Shown one piece after another: positions 24,110 through 40,124 of a stretch of 64,000 nucleotides of DNA (the first letter of the stretch is position 1; every line of letters begins with the position of its first letter). The position numbers and the translations under genes are program-made. This DNA is from Chrysomallon squamiferum (lineage: Eukaryota; Animalia; Mollusca), in contig CM022679.1 in NCBI GenBank assembly GCA_012295275.1, positions 23,994,001 to 24,058,000 on the forward strand, written 5' to 3'. The notes beneath the pieces were generated by a model. The model saw only the letters and a program-made list of their open reading frames with translations, searched no databases and was not told the DNA's origin.

Positions 24110-25992
24110 TGGACCAGGCTGTGACTGGGGTTTGCTAATAAGAACGAAAACTTTTACAAGACAGTAACTGTATCTGGCGTCACCTCTCTCTCGAGACTTT
24201 GTCATATGGCATCACAACGCGAGTCTCTGACACACTGTTTCCGCCACGTAACTAATCCTTGAAATTTCCTGCGATCTTTCTCCATTATCAGTCCGAAAAT
24301 GGATGAACTTCCGACTTACACAACCCTGAAGGATGTCGTCTGCCGCAGGGGGATTGCCGCCAAAACTAAACAGATGAGTTACAGACCAATTTGAACTCGA
24401 TCACTACCCACCTGCATCCTTTGTTCATTTTCGAGATTCCGTCAGACTGTACAATATATTTTTATTTTTTTAAAAGGACATCTGATACACACAATAGAAA
24501 AACTAAAATCGATAATTTCTCTACAGTTACGGAACTATCAAGCGATGGCTTTCAGCATGGTGTATAAAGATGATTCCGAAATAAATGACGTCCTAAAAGT
24601 GATCATATCTAATGACAAATAAGTCTGTGTCTGTTTCTGTAAAATAGTAGAACGCAGATGCTGTCTAAGACATTGTCGTCATCATTTACAACAACTGCAA
24701 CACTTCACTAATTCATATTATGATACAAATCGGATAGAATAGCAGTGATTATATATTTGTAGCAAAAACATCGAAAAAAACTACGACTGCAACAACAAAA
24801 CAAAAAGCAACAACAGAAACAGCAGAAGTTATAACACGAACAAAATTAACTTAATGGTAATAACAATAAACAATATATATGGGATCAAACTTCTCATTTG
24901 GTCAGTTGTGGCTGTGTTTGAAATTTTGATCTACAGTTGTAAACATTTGTTTGTGTAGAACTGTTTTTCTGAGGAGAAGAGGGTTTAAAACATTGCATTG
25001 TGTCAGGTTTTCATCATTCCAAATTTCTTGATGGTTTTAAAATTAAGTTCCTGTCAGGTTTTCTTGTCGGTTTGTCATTAGTTTGAACCGAGATTAGAAG
25101 GGATAACGAAGATCTTTGGAATTAATATTTCAAAATCAAAGAGAACAAAAGTTTTTAATAAAAAAGGAAGAGTAATTAAAAAAAAAAAGGAAGTTTTTCC
25201 TTTTTAATTATAACGAAACAAAAATCTCATTAAGTAAAGGAGATTCTAAAATTAAATTAATACCCTAAAGCATAGTGAAGTTTATAAAAAAAAAACCCAA
25301 ATATCTTGATAGGATTGTGACGGTAAAACATGTATTAACATTTAGCAGTTTTGATTTATTTTATTTTTTAAAATACAAATAGATGAATTATGGAATAAGA
25401 AGTATTTTAATGTAAGTGAAAACAAAATTAAAAATAGTTGAGTTATCATTTTAAACTTATCTCTCTCTATTATTTTACTGAACTGGGTCAAGACTATACC
25501 GTTGCTAAAATTATAAAGAAAATATGTACCACTATGTACTCAGTATTCCTAAATATATATATTTTTTATATTACTGAAATATTTCTTTATTAAACATTTT
25601 TTTTTTTATCTTTTTTTTTTCATTACTTAAAACCGAAAATATAAAAAAAAATTCAAAATAATCTCGAGTCCTGCGAGGCACCAAAAAGCATTATTTCTTT
25701 TTTTCTCTTTTGCAATCAGGTGAGATAATTAACGAAAATAACCCCTTGACAACATGTGATCATTAATTCCACTGACAGTTTTAATGCGGACGAACACTAT
25801 CATTAGGAAAAAACCGCTTAATTTCGTCCTATGGCACTTCTTTTTAAGGCGCATGATTACAACCGACCCAGGATGTCGGAGTCAGGCCACTGAAACCTTT
25901 AAACAAAGCAACATTAAACATTGTACCTTATACAGAAATTCTGGAATTACTTTCTTTTTTCCTTTCTTTCTTTCTTTCTTCTTTTTCCTTTT

Positions 25993-26030
<38 letters not shown>

Positions 26031-26924
26031 TTCATTTAAAGACGGGATCAAAACGGACGGAAATACCTCACGTCAGGGAAGCAGTATTTCGTGGTAATTA
26101 GCGGTCATTAGTAAAAAGAGGGATCTGTCGACATGAGTCACAAGAAAGAGAGAAGAGACAATGACGTCTCATCCATCATTAGCCGATTAACAGCCGTGGG
26201 GGTCGGGATTCCGTACAGCACCACCCTAGCTGATGATGGTTCGCGTGAGGTCACGTGATTCGTTCCACTAAAAGAGTTTCAAATCCGCTCGTTTATCAAA
26301 CGTAATCACGAGAAATAGCGAGATTATAAAATATTGTCTATTTCTCCGGTTCGTGAAATGAGCAAGCCTAATTATTGGCCCACCATGTACTGAGCGAGAT
26401 TTGTTTTTTCTGGGATTTTTTTTTTTTTTTTTTTCTAAATTGGGGTTTCTCTTTGCTAATCATGATTTATACTGTCATTCAAATAAAAAAATCAGTGTTT
26501 TCTTCATTCGAATTGAACTGAGAATGTTATGGAATAAATTTATTGCTTTCTTTTATAAAAAAAATGTATTATATTTGTTACACACAGACAGGTTATTATA
26601 GGTTATTCTTTTGATTCATCCCAACTCTCTCCTTTTTCTTTCTTTCTTCTCTCTCCTTCTCTGTTTCTCCCTCTGTCTGTCTGTTTGAAGCATAGGAGTC
26701 ATGTAATAAACAGCAAGGGAAAAAGTAGAGACACACAACTATACATACAAAACATAAAAAACCAAACAATTAGAAAAGTAGGGAAAAAAATTAAGAATTA
26801 TTACTAAAACAGTGTTATTATTACTATTTCTTAATTTTAATTTCACCTAATGGAGAAAAAAAATGTTTTATAAGCATTTGCAAAATTTGATTGTTTTCTG
26901 AAATGACATCGAAGTTTCAGTATC

Positions 26925-26959
<35 letters not shown>

Positions 26960-27192
26960 GCGATATAAACCAGGAAACAAACTCAAACAAACAAACAAAC
27001 AATAAATAACATAGTAAATTTATCCTATTGCTGGAGTAAAATTTCATTATTTAAGAGAATTTTTGGTGTTATTTCTAAAGAAAGTATAGATACGTTGTTT
27101 AGGTTTTCAAATAGTTATTCACGTGGGTAACGAAATAAAACAACAACAAAAATGTCGAAAATACATTCACTTTATGCTCGCTCACTCAAACA

Positions 27193-27224
<32 letters not shown>

Positions 27225-28645
27225 GGCACTATCGTACAGAAATTCATCCACAACACATCAAATGCAGCATCGACAGAAATGATTTGATACCTAATATGTC
27301 ATATATATTTTAAATCTTTTTAAGAAGAAAATGGCTAACGTTTCTTTTACAACCTCGTAACAAAGAGCTTTTGATATGCTTCTTACAGGAAAGAAAGTAT
27401 GGAAATAGGATGTAGCCTAATTACGAACGCTTAGAAGGATCGATCCTGCGACCCGTCACACATAAAAACATGACATAGAAAATAGTATACAGTCCTCTCC
27501 TGTATATTTCCAAGTCTTTTTTTTTTTTCACAGATCTTTCGACAGTTGGTTCGGTTGTATCAATAGGCGATTGTTGTGGAAATACGCAGATATACTCATC
27601 ACAATAAAACGACCCCTGCAGACAGATCACGGAAACTTCAATCATTTAAAACGCACCCCTGTCATTCCTCGATGAACGAAATTACAGTTAAAAAGAGATA
27701 ATGCTTTTTCTCTCTTTCATTAGTTAATTATATTTTCTCTTCATGTCTCTATAATATGGGACTGTTCTTTGTCGTGTTTTTTCTTTAGTTTCGGAGAAGA
27801 GCTAGTCTTCTATTAAAGAAGAAGGAAAACCCGAAAAAGGTGGATTGTTTGGTTTTCTTTAACAGAATACACACACACACACACACACAAAAAAAAAAAT
27901 AATAATAGTAATAAATGAAGAAAAGAATATAATTCAGTCGATCGCCCAAACATACCTATATTATGAACTACACGGCAAAGGTCTGTGATTAATACTAGTA
28001 TTTTCCTTCTTTTTTTTTTTTTTCCTCCTTTACATTCCACTTATTTTAGACTCTCTCTAATATGAGGTTATTCCGTGTCGTAAATTCCTCTTTTATAAGT
28101 GAAAACTATCAATCGTCGGTCGGAGAGATTTATGATGTCTCTATTTGCGTCAGAGGCTTCCGTTATTGTTTTGCTAACAATACACAGATCTCGGCGCTTT
28201 TGTTGTCGCCGCGTGATCCTGCACAGACGAACCATCAACCGTTCATTTGAAAAATTGCTTCGGCTGTACGCAAAAGTAATTGTTAGTGATGATCGGAGCA
28301 TATATCATGGATGGTGGAAAATACGAAAATACTCGACGCATGCTCGGAGACAAGCGACCCTCGGCTAATCCTGGTCTGTGTTGGAGAAGGTTCTATCAAT
28401 ATCCGTTGTTTGAGAGAGAAAAAAGAAATATCGCCACAAAGCAAAGTGCCCAGACGGTGATTGTTTTCTGTTTCAACACTTCATCGCCTTGTAAAAAAAA
28501 CAACACATCTTAACCTTTATTAGTCATGATCAGAGAAGCATGAAATCACGTTTTGTTTTGTTTCTGGGATCTGAAATCTGATTTTGGACAGAGACAGTAA
28601 CAATGGAAAATACTATTTAAATATTTCTTCAATTTACATTTACAT

Positions 28646-28677
<32 letters not shown>

Positions 28678-30365
28678 ATTTTATTTATTTATTTATTTTT
28701 TTTTTTATTATTATTATTATTATTTTTTTTTTTTATTTTCTTCTTTTTTTTAAAACTCTGCTTTGTTTTTCCTTTGTTTAATGTTTTCTTACAGTATTTT
28801 ATAATTTTACGATGTTTCCTTTTTTTTTTTTTTTTACAAATATTTTGAATTCTCTCTCATTGCTTTTTAAAAATTTTATAAAATTATCTTAGTTAGAAGT
28901 TAATACTCTGCATAATAAGAACATTTATATGAAATTATTTACATCTAAAACTAAGCATTTTAATTTCTGGGCTGTATTAAATACATTTATTTTATAACTG
29001 TTAATAAAACTGGAACATTATTGCAAAATTAAACTAATAAAAATGCATTATAAAGATTTTCCAGTAAATTCAGTGCCAGATTAAAATGATTAAGAATGAC
29101 TGAATGAACAATAAGTAAATAAACAAATTAACATGTGAATTAAATTAATATTTCCTTATCGAACTGTCATTAATTCTAATTTATTATATGATTAGAAATA
29201 GTTGCAATAAAGTAAAATAATTGCCACTATATCGCGAATGACTGTTAACGACGAAATGATTTTTAAATTTTTTATTTTAATATTCACCTTTCCACCAAGA
29301 AGAGAAAGTATATATACCATTCACTTTGATAAATCTCGTATATGGCATTTGTTGATCCAAGAAAAATATTAAATAATTCAATGAAGATCCATAAGATGTG
29401 ACGCCAGCATTTATTTATTTACATATTTTTTCTTTAGAAGATAAAAATATGTGTGTGGGTGTGTGTGCGTTTGTGTGTGCGTGTGTGTGTAAGAAAAAAG
29501 CACACACTCACGCACAGTTCACATTTATTGATTTGAACTTTACTTATAATTTGTTATTAACTGAGGGATACTGACTGCTAATGATAGTTTTAAAGAGGAT
29601 ATTTATAAACGAGAGCTTTAAGAAAATGCTTTTCTGAATGTATTTATTAACAGAAAGTCTATTTTGATAACGGTTCAGAAATAAACCAAAGTATTGTTTA
29701 ACTAACAACTAATTTAATGTTTTCTTTTACTGATTAAAAAAAACAAGATGAATTTTGAAAAATGTTACAACATGTCTGTTTGCTGTGATTTGTATCGACT
29801 TGCATCGGTAATTGGGTGGGAAGTGGGTGGGGAGTGGGTGGGGAGTGGGGATGAGAAAACAGCGATCAATATTTGCACTGAACGATATGCCTTTTTTTTA
29901 ATACTAAAATTTATTTATGGCGTCCTTCGCCTTTTCTCAAGACGAATATGTTATGTGACATAATATATACAAACATCTCATACCCTCTAAAACAGACACA
30001 GAACAAGACACGACAGTATCTCATACAGTGATTATGTCTGTCATATTCCGGTACTTTATAAAGTAAATATATATACTTTGTCAAGTCCGATATATACAAT
30101 AAGTGTAAGACAAGACACTACTATTATACGTATGCCAACTATCTGCTACTCACATTATATTCATTATGCTTTTGTTTTATGGCTGTTGTAACTCGTTATA
30201 CATTAAGCACTAGTATATCAACTAAAATATGTGCTACATCTCCTACCCCCTACACATACATACACGAACGCACAAACGCACACACACATATTCATATACA
30301 TGTATGTGTACATCAGTGTCTGTGTATGTATATATGTGTATATATGTATATGTATGTATATGTAC

Positions 30366-30416
<51 letters not shown>

Positions 30417-30973
30417 TGTGTCTGCATGTGCGTTCTTGCGCGCTGATATTTAACACTAAAAAGGATGAAGAGTACAATCTAAACAGCACTCTATTTAGAA
30501 AAACCATTAATACGTGTGTAAATTATTCAAACCTAATTGGAGACGAGTCATTTGAAAACGTCAGTGTTGTTGCAGTTATTGAGATTTAAAAGTCTGTGAA
30601 ATGTAATTTTAAAAAGAACGTAATATGTTTCTGGCGAACTGAGCAAATTACACGTCTCTGAGAATAATCATATTTTCTGTTTATTGCTTTGTGCATGTCT
30701 AACATAGGACACTTTGAAATTAGTTGATGAAATGTATGTATTTGTGTTTGCAAATATGTGTGAATGTATATGTATGTGATTGTATGTATATGTATGTGTG
30801 TGTATGTATGTATGTATGTGTATGTGTGTATGTCTGTGTGTGCGTGTAGGCGCGCTTGTGCACATATGTGTGTCTGTATTTGAGTCTGTATCAAGCCAAT
30901 AACGATGAAAAATGAGATGGTATCAGAAAGAAGAACATATAGATGATGGTGAAAAAGAAAAAGAAAAAGAAGT

Positions 30974-30974
<1 letters not shown>

Positions 30975-31032
<58 letters not shown>

Positions 31033-31104
31033 TAATAATAATTATTTACACTACTACTACTAATAATAATAATTATAATAGTAATAATAATAATAACAAT
31101 AATA

Positions 31105-31185
<81 letters not shown>
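30975..31185. repeat. compound (AAT)n microsatellite
   Basis: Long interrupted AAT run. Many other AAT/ATT/ACT runs occur (e.g. 17593-17662, 19212-19295, 31999-32140, 56740-56812). Confidence 0.97.
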
Positions 31186-31188
<3 letters not shown>

Positions 31189-31479
31189 TCTTAGATATTA
31201 GCTTGCTATTTATACAGAAATCCAAGGAATTTCCTGACGTGTGCCTGTCAGCCAGTAAGCTATCTATCTCTAACTCAAGTCTCTAACACGAGCTGAGGAC
31301 CATGACGAGAATGATTTGTGTTACAGCAGCGAAATAAAGGCGACAAATAATTAGACACTAAAGTTAATTTTGAAAACATTTCACTTAATTTCCATTCATT
31401 GTTCGATTTAGTTTGTTTCTTCATCTTTTTTTAATGTCACGAAAGTGTCAAAAATGATTCTTATTTTTTTTCTGTAGAG

Positions 31480-31512
<33 letters not shown>

Positions 31513-31998
31513 GAAAAAAATCTCTCGAATTCTGTTTCTTAATTGTTCACGATAAATCATTAAAGAGACACAGATCCTAAAAAGACAAGGAATAATGAGG
31601 TGATCGCTCTTTCATGTCACGAGAGTAGGCGGTCCCCTTGCCGCGCGCGCACGTGCGTAGAGAAATTGATGCATGTGATATGAAAAGCCGGTGTCGTTAA
31701 CTCAATTTCCGAAAGCGAATTTTAAACACTACAAGCTCATATGTTTCTGGTTTGCACGTGCGCGACACTGGTTTGTAATTCCGGTACCGTTTAATCGTCG
31801 AAGATTGCATTTCATGCATGATTTATAAGTATAACGATTTAATTGCGGCTTAACTGCAGTCTGTTACAGAATTCATAGAAGAATAGTTAAAAGACCTGTA
31901 AAAGTATTCCGGATTTTAGGTTAAACCATTGATTTTGAATTACAACAGACATACCGTAAAGTATCTGAAAATCTGACGTTTATGCTAAATTTTAAAGA

Positions 31999-32140
<142 letters not shown>

Positions 32141-32205
32141 ATAAAAAAGGATAAGAAAATGTGCGAAAACAGAATTCATTTGCTTCCGTATAAATATCAT
32201 TTTCA

Positions 32206-32266
<61 letters not shown>

Positions 32267-34116
32267 TAATCTGTTTTGCCACATACTAATGTCACTTTGG
32301 AGTTGAACTATAGGCACTTGTCGAACTTTTCTTGAGAAATATTCACACTAACGGTGTGGACGTGACCTCTTCCAATCCCCTTCCCTGAGGACCAGCACCC
32401 ACTGACATTTATTTTTCGAATTCAGTTTTCACACATATGCCACGAACGTCACTAGCACGCAGTCGTCTAGGTAACCCGATCCCCATCCGGGACACCACTG
32501 CACGTGTCGCGGGAGTTGCCGAGCACCGCACCCGGGTTGGGTGGAACCCAATACCACCAACAGACCCGCGTGGTAATTAGCTTTAATTCGAAACAAGTGA
32601 CACGGCGGTTTTTATTAAACAATTATATCTGACCACTGGTCAGGGAAATTTGGTTCCTGAGTCATTTGATGGTGTTTGATTGACAACTAAACTGACCATC
32701 TGCGTCGAAGAATATTCACTTGTGGACTTCGGAATATTAAATCTCTCTTTGAAGTAATTGGTTTTTGCAAAATGCGATTAGAGTTCCAACTACGAAATTT
32801 AAAGTCGTGTCATATTCTCTTTTAGGCTGGAACTTGTGTAATTACGAACTTGCTTATTTCTGAAATGTTTCAACTCGCCCGTCATTGAATCAATTTCTGA
32901 TTATTCGGTCATCATGCCCAAGACAAGTCTGTGGGGACGTGTATATTCCTCATGATTTATTACCCCGATGAAATCCAAGATGTCTGACTAGTTTGTAAAA
33001 ACACGAACTGGTGCGTGATACACGACATTCACAATAATTCTCGGGTGACCACTTGGCGAGATTCAAGTCCAGTGTATATTCTAGATATTATAAAATCCCT
33101 TGCTGTTAACCACTGACAGCAGAACCCTGGCAGCGGCGAGTTCGGGTTTCATCTCTTTGATATAATAATTAAATGTAAAATAATTGGATAATAATAAGAA
33201 GTGACGTATATTTAATATCCTTTTAATGGAGAACAGTATTCCACTTGGACTGATAATCTGGTAAAGTATAACTACAGGTTTATTTTTATTTTGTTTTTCG
33301 AGTACAGATCTTGTACATGTACAGACATAGGTTCACATGCATGTGCATACATATACATACGTACATACGTACGTCCATACGTACATACATAGATATGTAC
33401 ATACGTACGTACATTTATACATATATTAAAATCGTTAATGTAAAACAAGCAAACAAAGAAAATAATAATGTACTAGGATACAGGGATACTATATTAAATC
33501 TGCTTTTGATACACTGTGTAAGCCAGAAAAAAAAAAAACAAAAAAAAAACATCGACAACAACAACAACAACTATACCATTTTGTCATATATTCACCACAA
33601 AAACCCTTTAAAACTGATTATCTTTTATTTACTGTTATTATTATTTTTTTAAATCACTTATATTAATTATATTTCAATTAAAAAAAATATAAAAAAAAAA
33701 AAAAAAAAAAAAAAAGATTACTAGTATCACAATGCACGATCTGCATTATATATATTTTTTGTCACCATCATAACACATACCACGTTACAAGTGACGTTTC
33801 ATTCAGGTCAGGGGCAGGCAGGCACGAAACTAATTAGTTGCCGTGGTTACCGCAGACCTGTTGTCAGTGGAATAAACCATTCCTGATTCGTAGATAATTA
33901 CCTGAAATCAGATCATAATGATTTATTGTCTAAACAGCTAAACACCTGCTATGTTCTAGAATCGATTAACAAAATGATGAATGCCAAACATGACAGTGGA
34001 ACTGCGGCAAATTCTTGTCGTGTGAAATAAACAGGATATTTTGTTACCAACTGGGAATTATTTGCCTAAAGACTAAATGATAATTAAATTTTTTGTTTCA
34101 CCTGCTCGCATGAATT

Positions 34117-34175
<59 letters not shown>

Positions 34176-34332
34176 GTGTGTTTGTGTGTGTATGTGCGTG
34201 TGTGTTGGTGTGTATATGTGTGTATGTATGAATGTATGCATAGATATATAGACAGACAGACAGATAGATAAGTATATATATATTGATGTATATATAGATA
34301 TTTATAGATAAGTCTTAGATAGTTGGTATATA

Positions 34333-34380
<48 letters not shown>

Positions 34381-35307
34381 GGAAATATACCTAGCCCTAT
34401 CGAATAACAGGTCGATTAATATCTGTTACAATTTTAAAGAGCTAATAATGCTTGGGATCGTTTCACGCCATCTTCTTTACCTTTCAACGTGTTTAATCGT
34501 CGAGCGATATAATAACGCTGCCAGACTCGCTGTTTAATACAGAAAGATTAATATTAACTCCCAGTTGTAACCAACTGCTCAAATTATCTTCCAATCATCT
34601 TCAGACTTCTTAATAACCAGTCTCTCTGTCTCCTCAATAATCACAAATTTCATTCGGTGAACAAAACTGAATAATAGAGAAAGACCAAGTTCAGATCTTA
34701 TTTGGTAATTAATTCCTCCTTTTATAGTGGCGAACCAGGATATTACTTGGTTAGAGTGACCAAACGAAATAAAAGGAATAATGTATCTTGGCCGATGGAA
34801 ATGACAAAGTAAAAATACAGAAAGAGCTGATTCATGGAAAATGACTTGTTTATGTGATAATATTAATAAGAATTAGTAATGAAGAAGAATAAATTTATAA
34901 AATAATTTGCAGGTTCAAGTTTATGGAATTTTTATCGTGTGGAGAGATCCAGTGTTATTGAATATTGGAAATAAATAGTAAACATAAATCGATAATTGTC
35001 ACCTGCAGTTAACGAAAAAATGATTTAGTAATCATTGAACGGTACAAATAGGGGTGATAAAACCTTAGTTATTAACACTTCACCGACTGATTATGGATTC
35101 GGTTAGAAAATGAAATATTACCTGAATCTGTAAGTTAATATTAGCTTAAATAGCTTTAGGATTAGAAATACTGTTTAATTAAATAATTTTAATTATTTTT
35201 ATATATCTATGCACGTATACATACACACATAGATACATATATATATATATATATATATATACATACATACATACATACATACATACATACATACATACAT
35301 ACATACA

Positions 35308-35340
<33 letters not shown>

Positions 35341-36396
35341 GCTACATATACAACATGTATGATACATATATACATACAGAGATAATTTTGCATGTGCATG
35401 GCGTTGGATAGAGAGTATTATAATTTATAAAGCTGTGAATATTGTTTGGATTAGCAATTACTTTGCTACACTTGTACCACCCGCACGTATTTTAAAGTTA
35501 AACAGTATTTTATGTAGACATGACACACAGTCAGTATACGTAATTCCTGGACAGACAATGGCAATTTTCCAGTGTTTATTTTCAATAAAGTAGCTGTCAG
35601 AGTTCTTGCTTTTTTGACAGCAATTTGTAACATTCCTAAGTCGACAATTCTCATAACGTTATTCGCTTAAAAGCCTACTGGCCTTGTTCGTATCAGAACA
35701 AAGCGATATTAGTCAATTTGATAATGGAGCCTTAATGAAGGCCTTGCCGATGATCATTATTAGGGTAAATTAAAAATCAAAATCAATGAAGAAAAACGAA
35801 TCCAGAATCGCGGCCCGGGTCGTAAGAATTACCATTGGAATTGTCTTTTCTTTCTTCAGTCATTTAGACAGAATGACCTTTGAAGAACCCGGGAACAAAA
35901 CTCTGGCCCTTGGAGATCACTTAGGGACCCGAGACAATAAAAATATTGGCTTTTAGGAACGCGGGGATAAAGACAGTGACATAATGATCGCACAAAACTC
36001 CTGGAGAGACGGATTTCTTATTGCGAAATTAATGGAGATGGGGCATTCTTTCATCGAGGCGAACTCGTTAAAAGAATGTAACAAAGTCCTTTTACTGACG
36101 CTTTGTGAGAGCTTCTAGTAGCGAGATCCATGGCCATTGTTGTGTCATTGCCTTTTGCAGACGTCACGGAACGTGACAGATGGCGCTGCAAGAAGCGCGC
36201 AAAGAACCGTCACAACAGTAGCGAGGTGACAGAGCACGAGAATTGCACGAGCGCTCGTGCCAACAACCATCGCGAAAATTTGTGAGCGGTAACTTGATTC
36301 CTCGGCCATGCTGTTCGAAGTGTGACAGCAGAGTTCTAAAGTCTGTAACATTTTCATTGTTTTCTTCTTCTTTTTTTTTTTCATTTTAAATAATAA

Positions 36397-36469
<73 letters not shown>

Positions 36470-36857
36470 CGTCAGCTTCATCATCTTCTTATGTTTGATT
36501 TACAAGCACTTTGAATATATAAATGACATTATTTCTCTTTCTTGCTCTCACGAAAACACACATACACGCAGAAACACTCCTTCTTCTAAAGTACCGTTCG
36601 CACTTTTACCGCTGTTAAACAGCCCATTTCTGAAAACATCTTAATATCAGCCCTTGGTCAACAATACACTTAGAAATAAAGCATATCAGGTTGAAATCAT
36701 CCACTCTTCTGTTTCGATTCAGTATCTCTATCTGACGTTTAAAAATAACAGGCCTTGACTCAACAGCCATGACACATTCATTTCACTGGTTTTCTGCAAG
36801 CTGTAAAATAAACTAATATCATATTGTGCTCTTCTGTTCAGATATCTTATTCAGCAT

Positions 36858-37340
36858 CTGACTAACAGATCGGTTTTTAATACGGCCTATTCTCTGGTCA
36901 TAGATCCGACATAATCTAACACATCTGATTGGGATGCAATTTATTTTTTACTAATATGTCTGTCTCTTACATTGATTCTGCGATTTGACTATGATACAAC
37001 TTATTTTCTTTTCATAAATCCAACTCCAGCATTGGCTAATACAATATATATCTAAATGGGATACAACCCTGTCCATAGTCCATGTCTATCTCTAACAGAC
37101 TATCCTGTAATCATATATATAGTTCAACAGTGGCTGTCATATCTTACTGGGATACAATCCAAGCTCTACTTCTCTCTAACACTGACCAAAAAAATGTGAC
37201 TTGGATGCAACCTTTCTCTTCTGATATACCTAACTCTGACTAAGAGATCTTACTTGCATACAGTTTTTCTTTTCTAATATATCCAATTTCAAATATGACT
37301 AACATATTCTGTCTTGGCGACAACGCTTTTACTTCAACAT
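36858..37340. repeat. degenerate minisatellite, unit about 50-60 bp
   Basis: Recurring core (g)atct(t)actgggatacaa with ctaacagat / ctaatatatccaact flanks near 36920, 36982, 37050, 37141, 37197, 37247 and 37307. Confidence 0.55.
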
Positions 37341-40124
37341 TACAATTTTTGACAGTGTGTCCCTACACTTCTACGTAAGATAGAAGAAAAAAAAAAGCCT
37401 GCCCCAGCTTTCATTCGAGATCATACATATTTCGATTTGTACACAATTACAATAATTCGCCATAATCGAGAATTAAATTAATTACCGTTGAAATGTAATT
37501 GGTAACTAGTCTACATGGTGCGTCGAATCTTTTCCCGATAATTACTGTCTTAGCTATGAATCCAATTACACAATTTAGTTGGTGCCCGTTTCCAGGTCGA
37601 TGACTAACATCTTGAACTTTTCAGCGCGTTTTAATCATTGAAATATCCAATACAGACGTTAGACAGTTAAAGAGAACTCCAAGACATTTTTTATTTATAA
37701 ATACAGTCACAATGATTACAACACTATCTAATTTAAAAGAAAGGAAAAGCAATTAGAGACAGGGAAAAAAGCAGTGCGGTCGCCTGAATGTCTGGAAGTT
37801 TTTACTCTAAGCTTTTACTCTCAGATTAGAGTTTTGTCAAAAATGCCCGAACAAAATTCATATAATCAAAATAATATATAAAAAAGTAAATATTCCATTC
37901 TGTCACTGTCATTCTCTGTCTCTGCTCTAGTAGTCTCGTTCTTTCTCTGTCTCTCTATGTGTGTTTGTATGATCTGTGCAAAATTTTGTCAGTAAAGGTG
38001 ATATGTCTTAATCGAGTATATTTCAACCAGATACTCATGACTAACATGTCAGAATCCCTGAACCAGATTTCCTGTGTTTAGTTAGATGCTTATTATAAAA
38101 TTAGCATTCTTCATAATAGCAATATAAATAACAACATGAAAGAGAATGTTTGTTAAACACATGTGCTGCTTTCTAGTCAGAGGTACTTCAGGCGTGCTTG
38201 AAAGAATAAAAAAAAAGTAGTTATGATTATTAGCTTATTGTGTTAAAAAGAACGATACAAACAGCATTTATTTGATCTGAATATATTTGCATATGTAACT
38301 CCAACAACTGTTGTAAAACTGTATAAATAAACGCGACTGTAGCGTGCGACAAATCACAGAATTGTTTGCTCTTCACTCCGACGTCCCATCCGTTTTCGTC
38401 CAAGTCATGTCGTCCACTTCCTGACAGAAGGAAACCCACACAGCTGCAGGCGTTGCTGAATCGTTAAATCTATCTCGAACTGTTTAACGCCTTTCCTATC
38501 TGTATTTGTTAGGTGTTAGTTTTCACTTTCGACGACAGTGGAAAACGGGGGCTTTGTTTTCGTGTTCGCAATCGACTGGGAAATAGTCTTGGTTCCAAGG
38601 TGATCAACTCATCGGGTATCGGTCTAAACGCCTGCACGAACGGGATATCGTCAAACATTAAACTAAACTGGATCAATATTAAATTGAAAAAAGATATCTA
38701 CAGCGATTAGTAGTGTTGATCCTTATCCACATTAATATTTTCCATTTTATTTGTATGTTTGTCAGTTCGATATATCTTTTGCAACAGTAGAAAAATATAT
38801 TGCTCTGTGTACTGTAGATGAATGGTGATTTCGAAGAATTGACGCCAGTGATGTCCAAAATTCGACTAAATGAAGATAAATGTAAATAGAATTATATTTT
38901 TGAAAACTGAACAAAAGAATCGATAATTTTTTTCTATAATTTGTTTTTCATTTATAAAGATATTAAATGACAATACATTTTTAACTGCTGTAAAATACTT
39001 CCTATAATGCTTTGTAGACTGAGTCTTCTAATGTCTGCAAAATGACCATAATAAAGAAATTTCTAAAAGCATTTGTAATAACTGAGTAATAAAAGAGACA
39101 AGAAAAGAAAAAGAAGCTTGAGGCTGAAACATGTAACGAAGTTAAAATAAACTGGAACATGCATTCTGATTACAATTTCATATTACTAACAATAACCTTC
39201 AAAAACTATTCAGATGTTATTGTATCAGTTGGTTTGCTTAAAGCTATAACTCAAACATATTAAAAAAGCCCTTGTTGATACGACAAAAATATTTTTTAAC
39301 GTCCATCCTTCAATGAGTTAATAATGAACCTAATGACCGCAACATGCACTGGTGAATAGCACTTTATTCGATCAATTTTTTATTCTTCTTTTTTATTTTT
39401 TAGTTCATAATGTAAATGCCCATCGACTGATTTATAAAATCTGGCACGTTTGTCAATAAGAAACTAAAATGGCGCCAATTATAAGCCGAGACCATCAGCT
39501 AAATTGTCGTCTGTCCAGCCGGGCTTCCCCTGCACGCGAAGAAAGCACGCGCTGGTCACACCTGATACTAAATAAACAGTCGAATTTGCAGATCAACAAC
39601 TGCTGTGTTTTTCAGAGAATTCTCACAAACCTAGGACAAATTTAGCCGAATTATGTTATATGCGTCTTGAATATAGTTTTAGACTTAACACACGTCTTTA
39701 TTTCTTATGTTAACTGATCCTATGGAAATGTCTTGAAAATGTTTGCAAGCAACTATCCCGAAGCCATATCTTTTATTCTTGTACGAAAAATCTAAATAAA
39801 AAAAATGTTAGTATTTGTTTTCACATATTTTTCTTCCATATCGCCTCTTGAACACGAATAAGCTACTAATTTTAAAATACACCAAAGAGAAAAACAAATT
39901 TCAGATCCTTGTTAGAAATCTTTACAATATAATTACACTGTCTGTCCAAGGATGTTGTGTTAATTTCTTCTGTATTATTATTAAGTGTTGTTCTTATATG
40001 GAAATGTATCAAATATATTAGTTTAAGGTAGAGTGTTTGAACTAATCATTTGAACTGAATTTCGCTAACTTGGCTTAATCTATATTTTTCAAATAACAGA
40101 AACAAAACGAAACAGTTGATAAAC

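Noticed and set aside
28062-28513. Overlapping short ORFs in a CpG-rich island
   Set aside because: No recognisable protein features or splice framework; more likely regulatory or UTR sequence.
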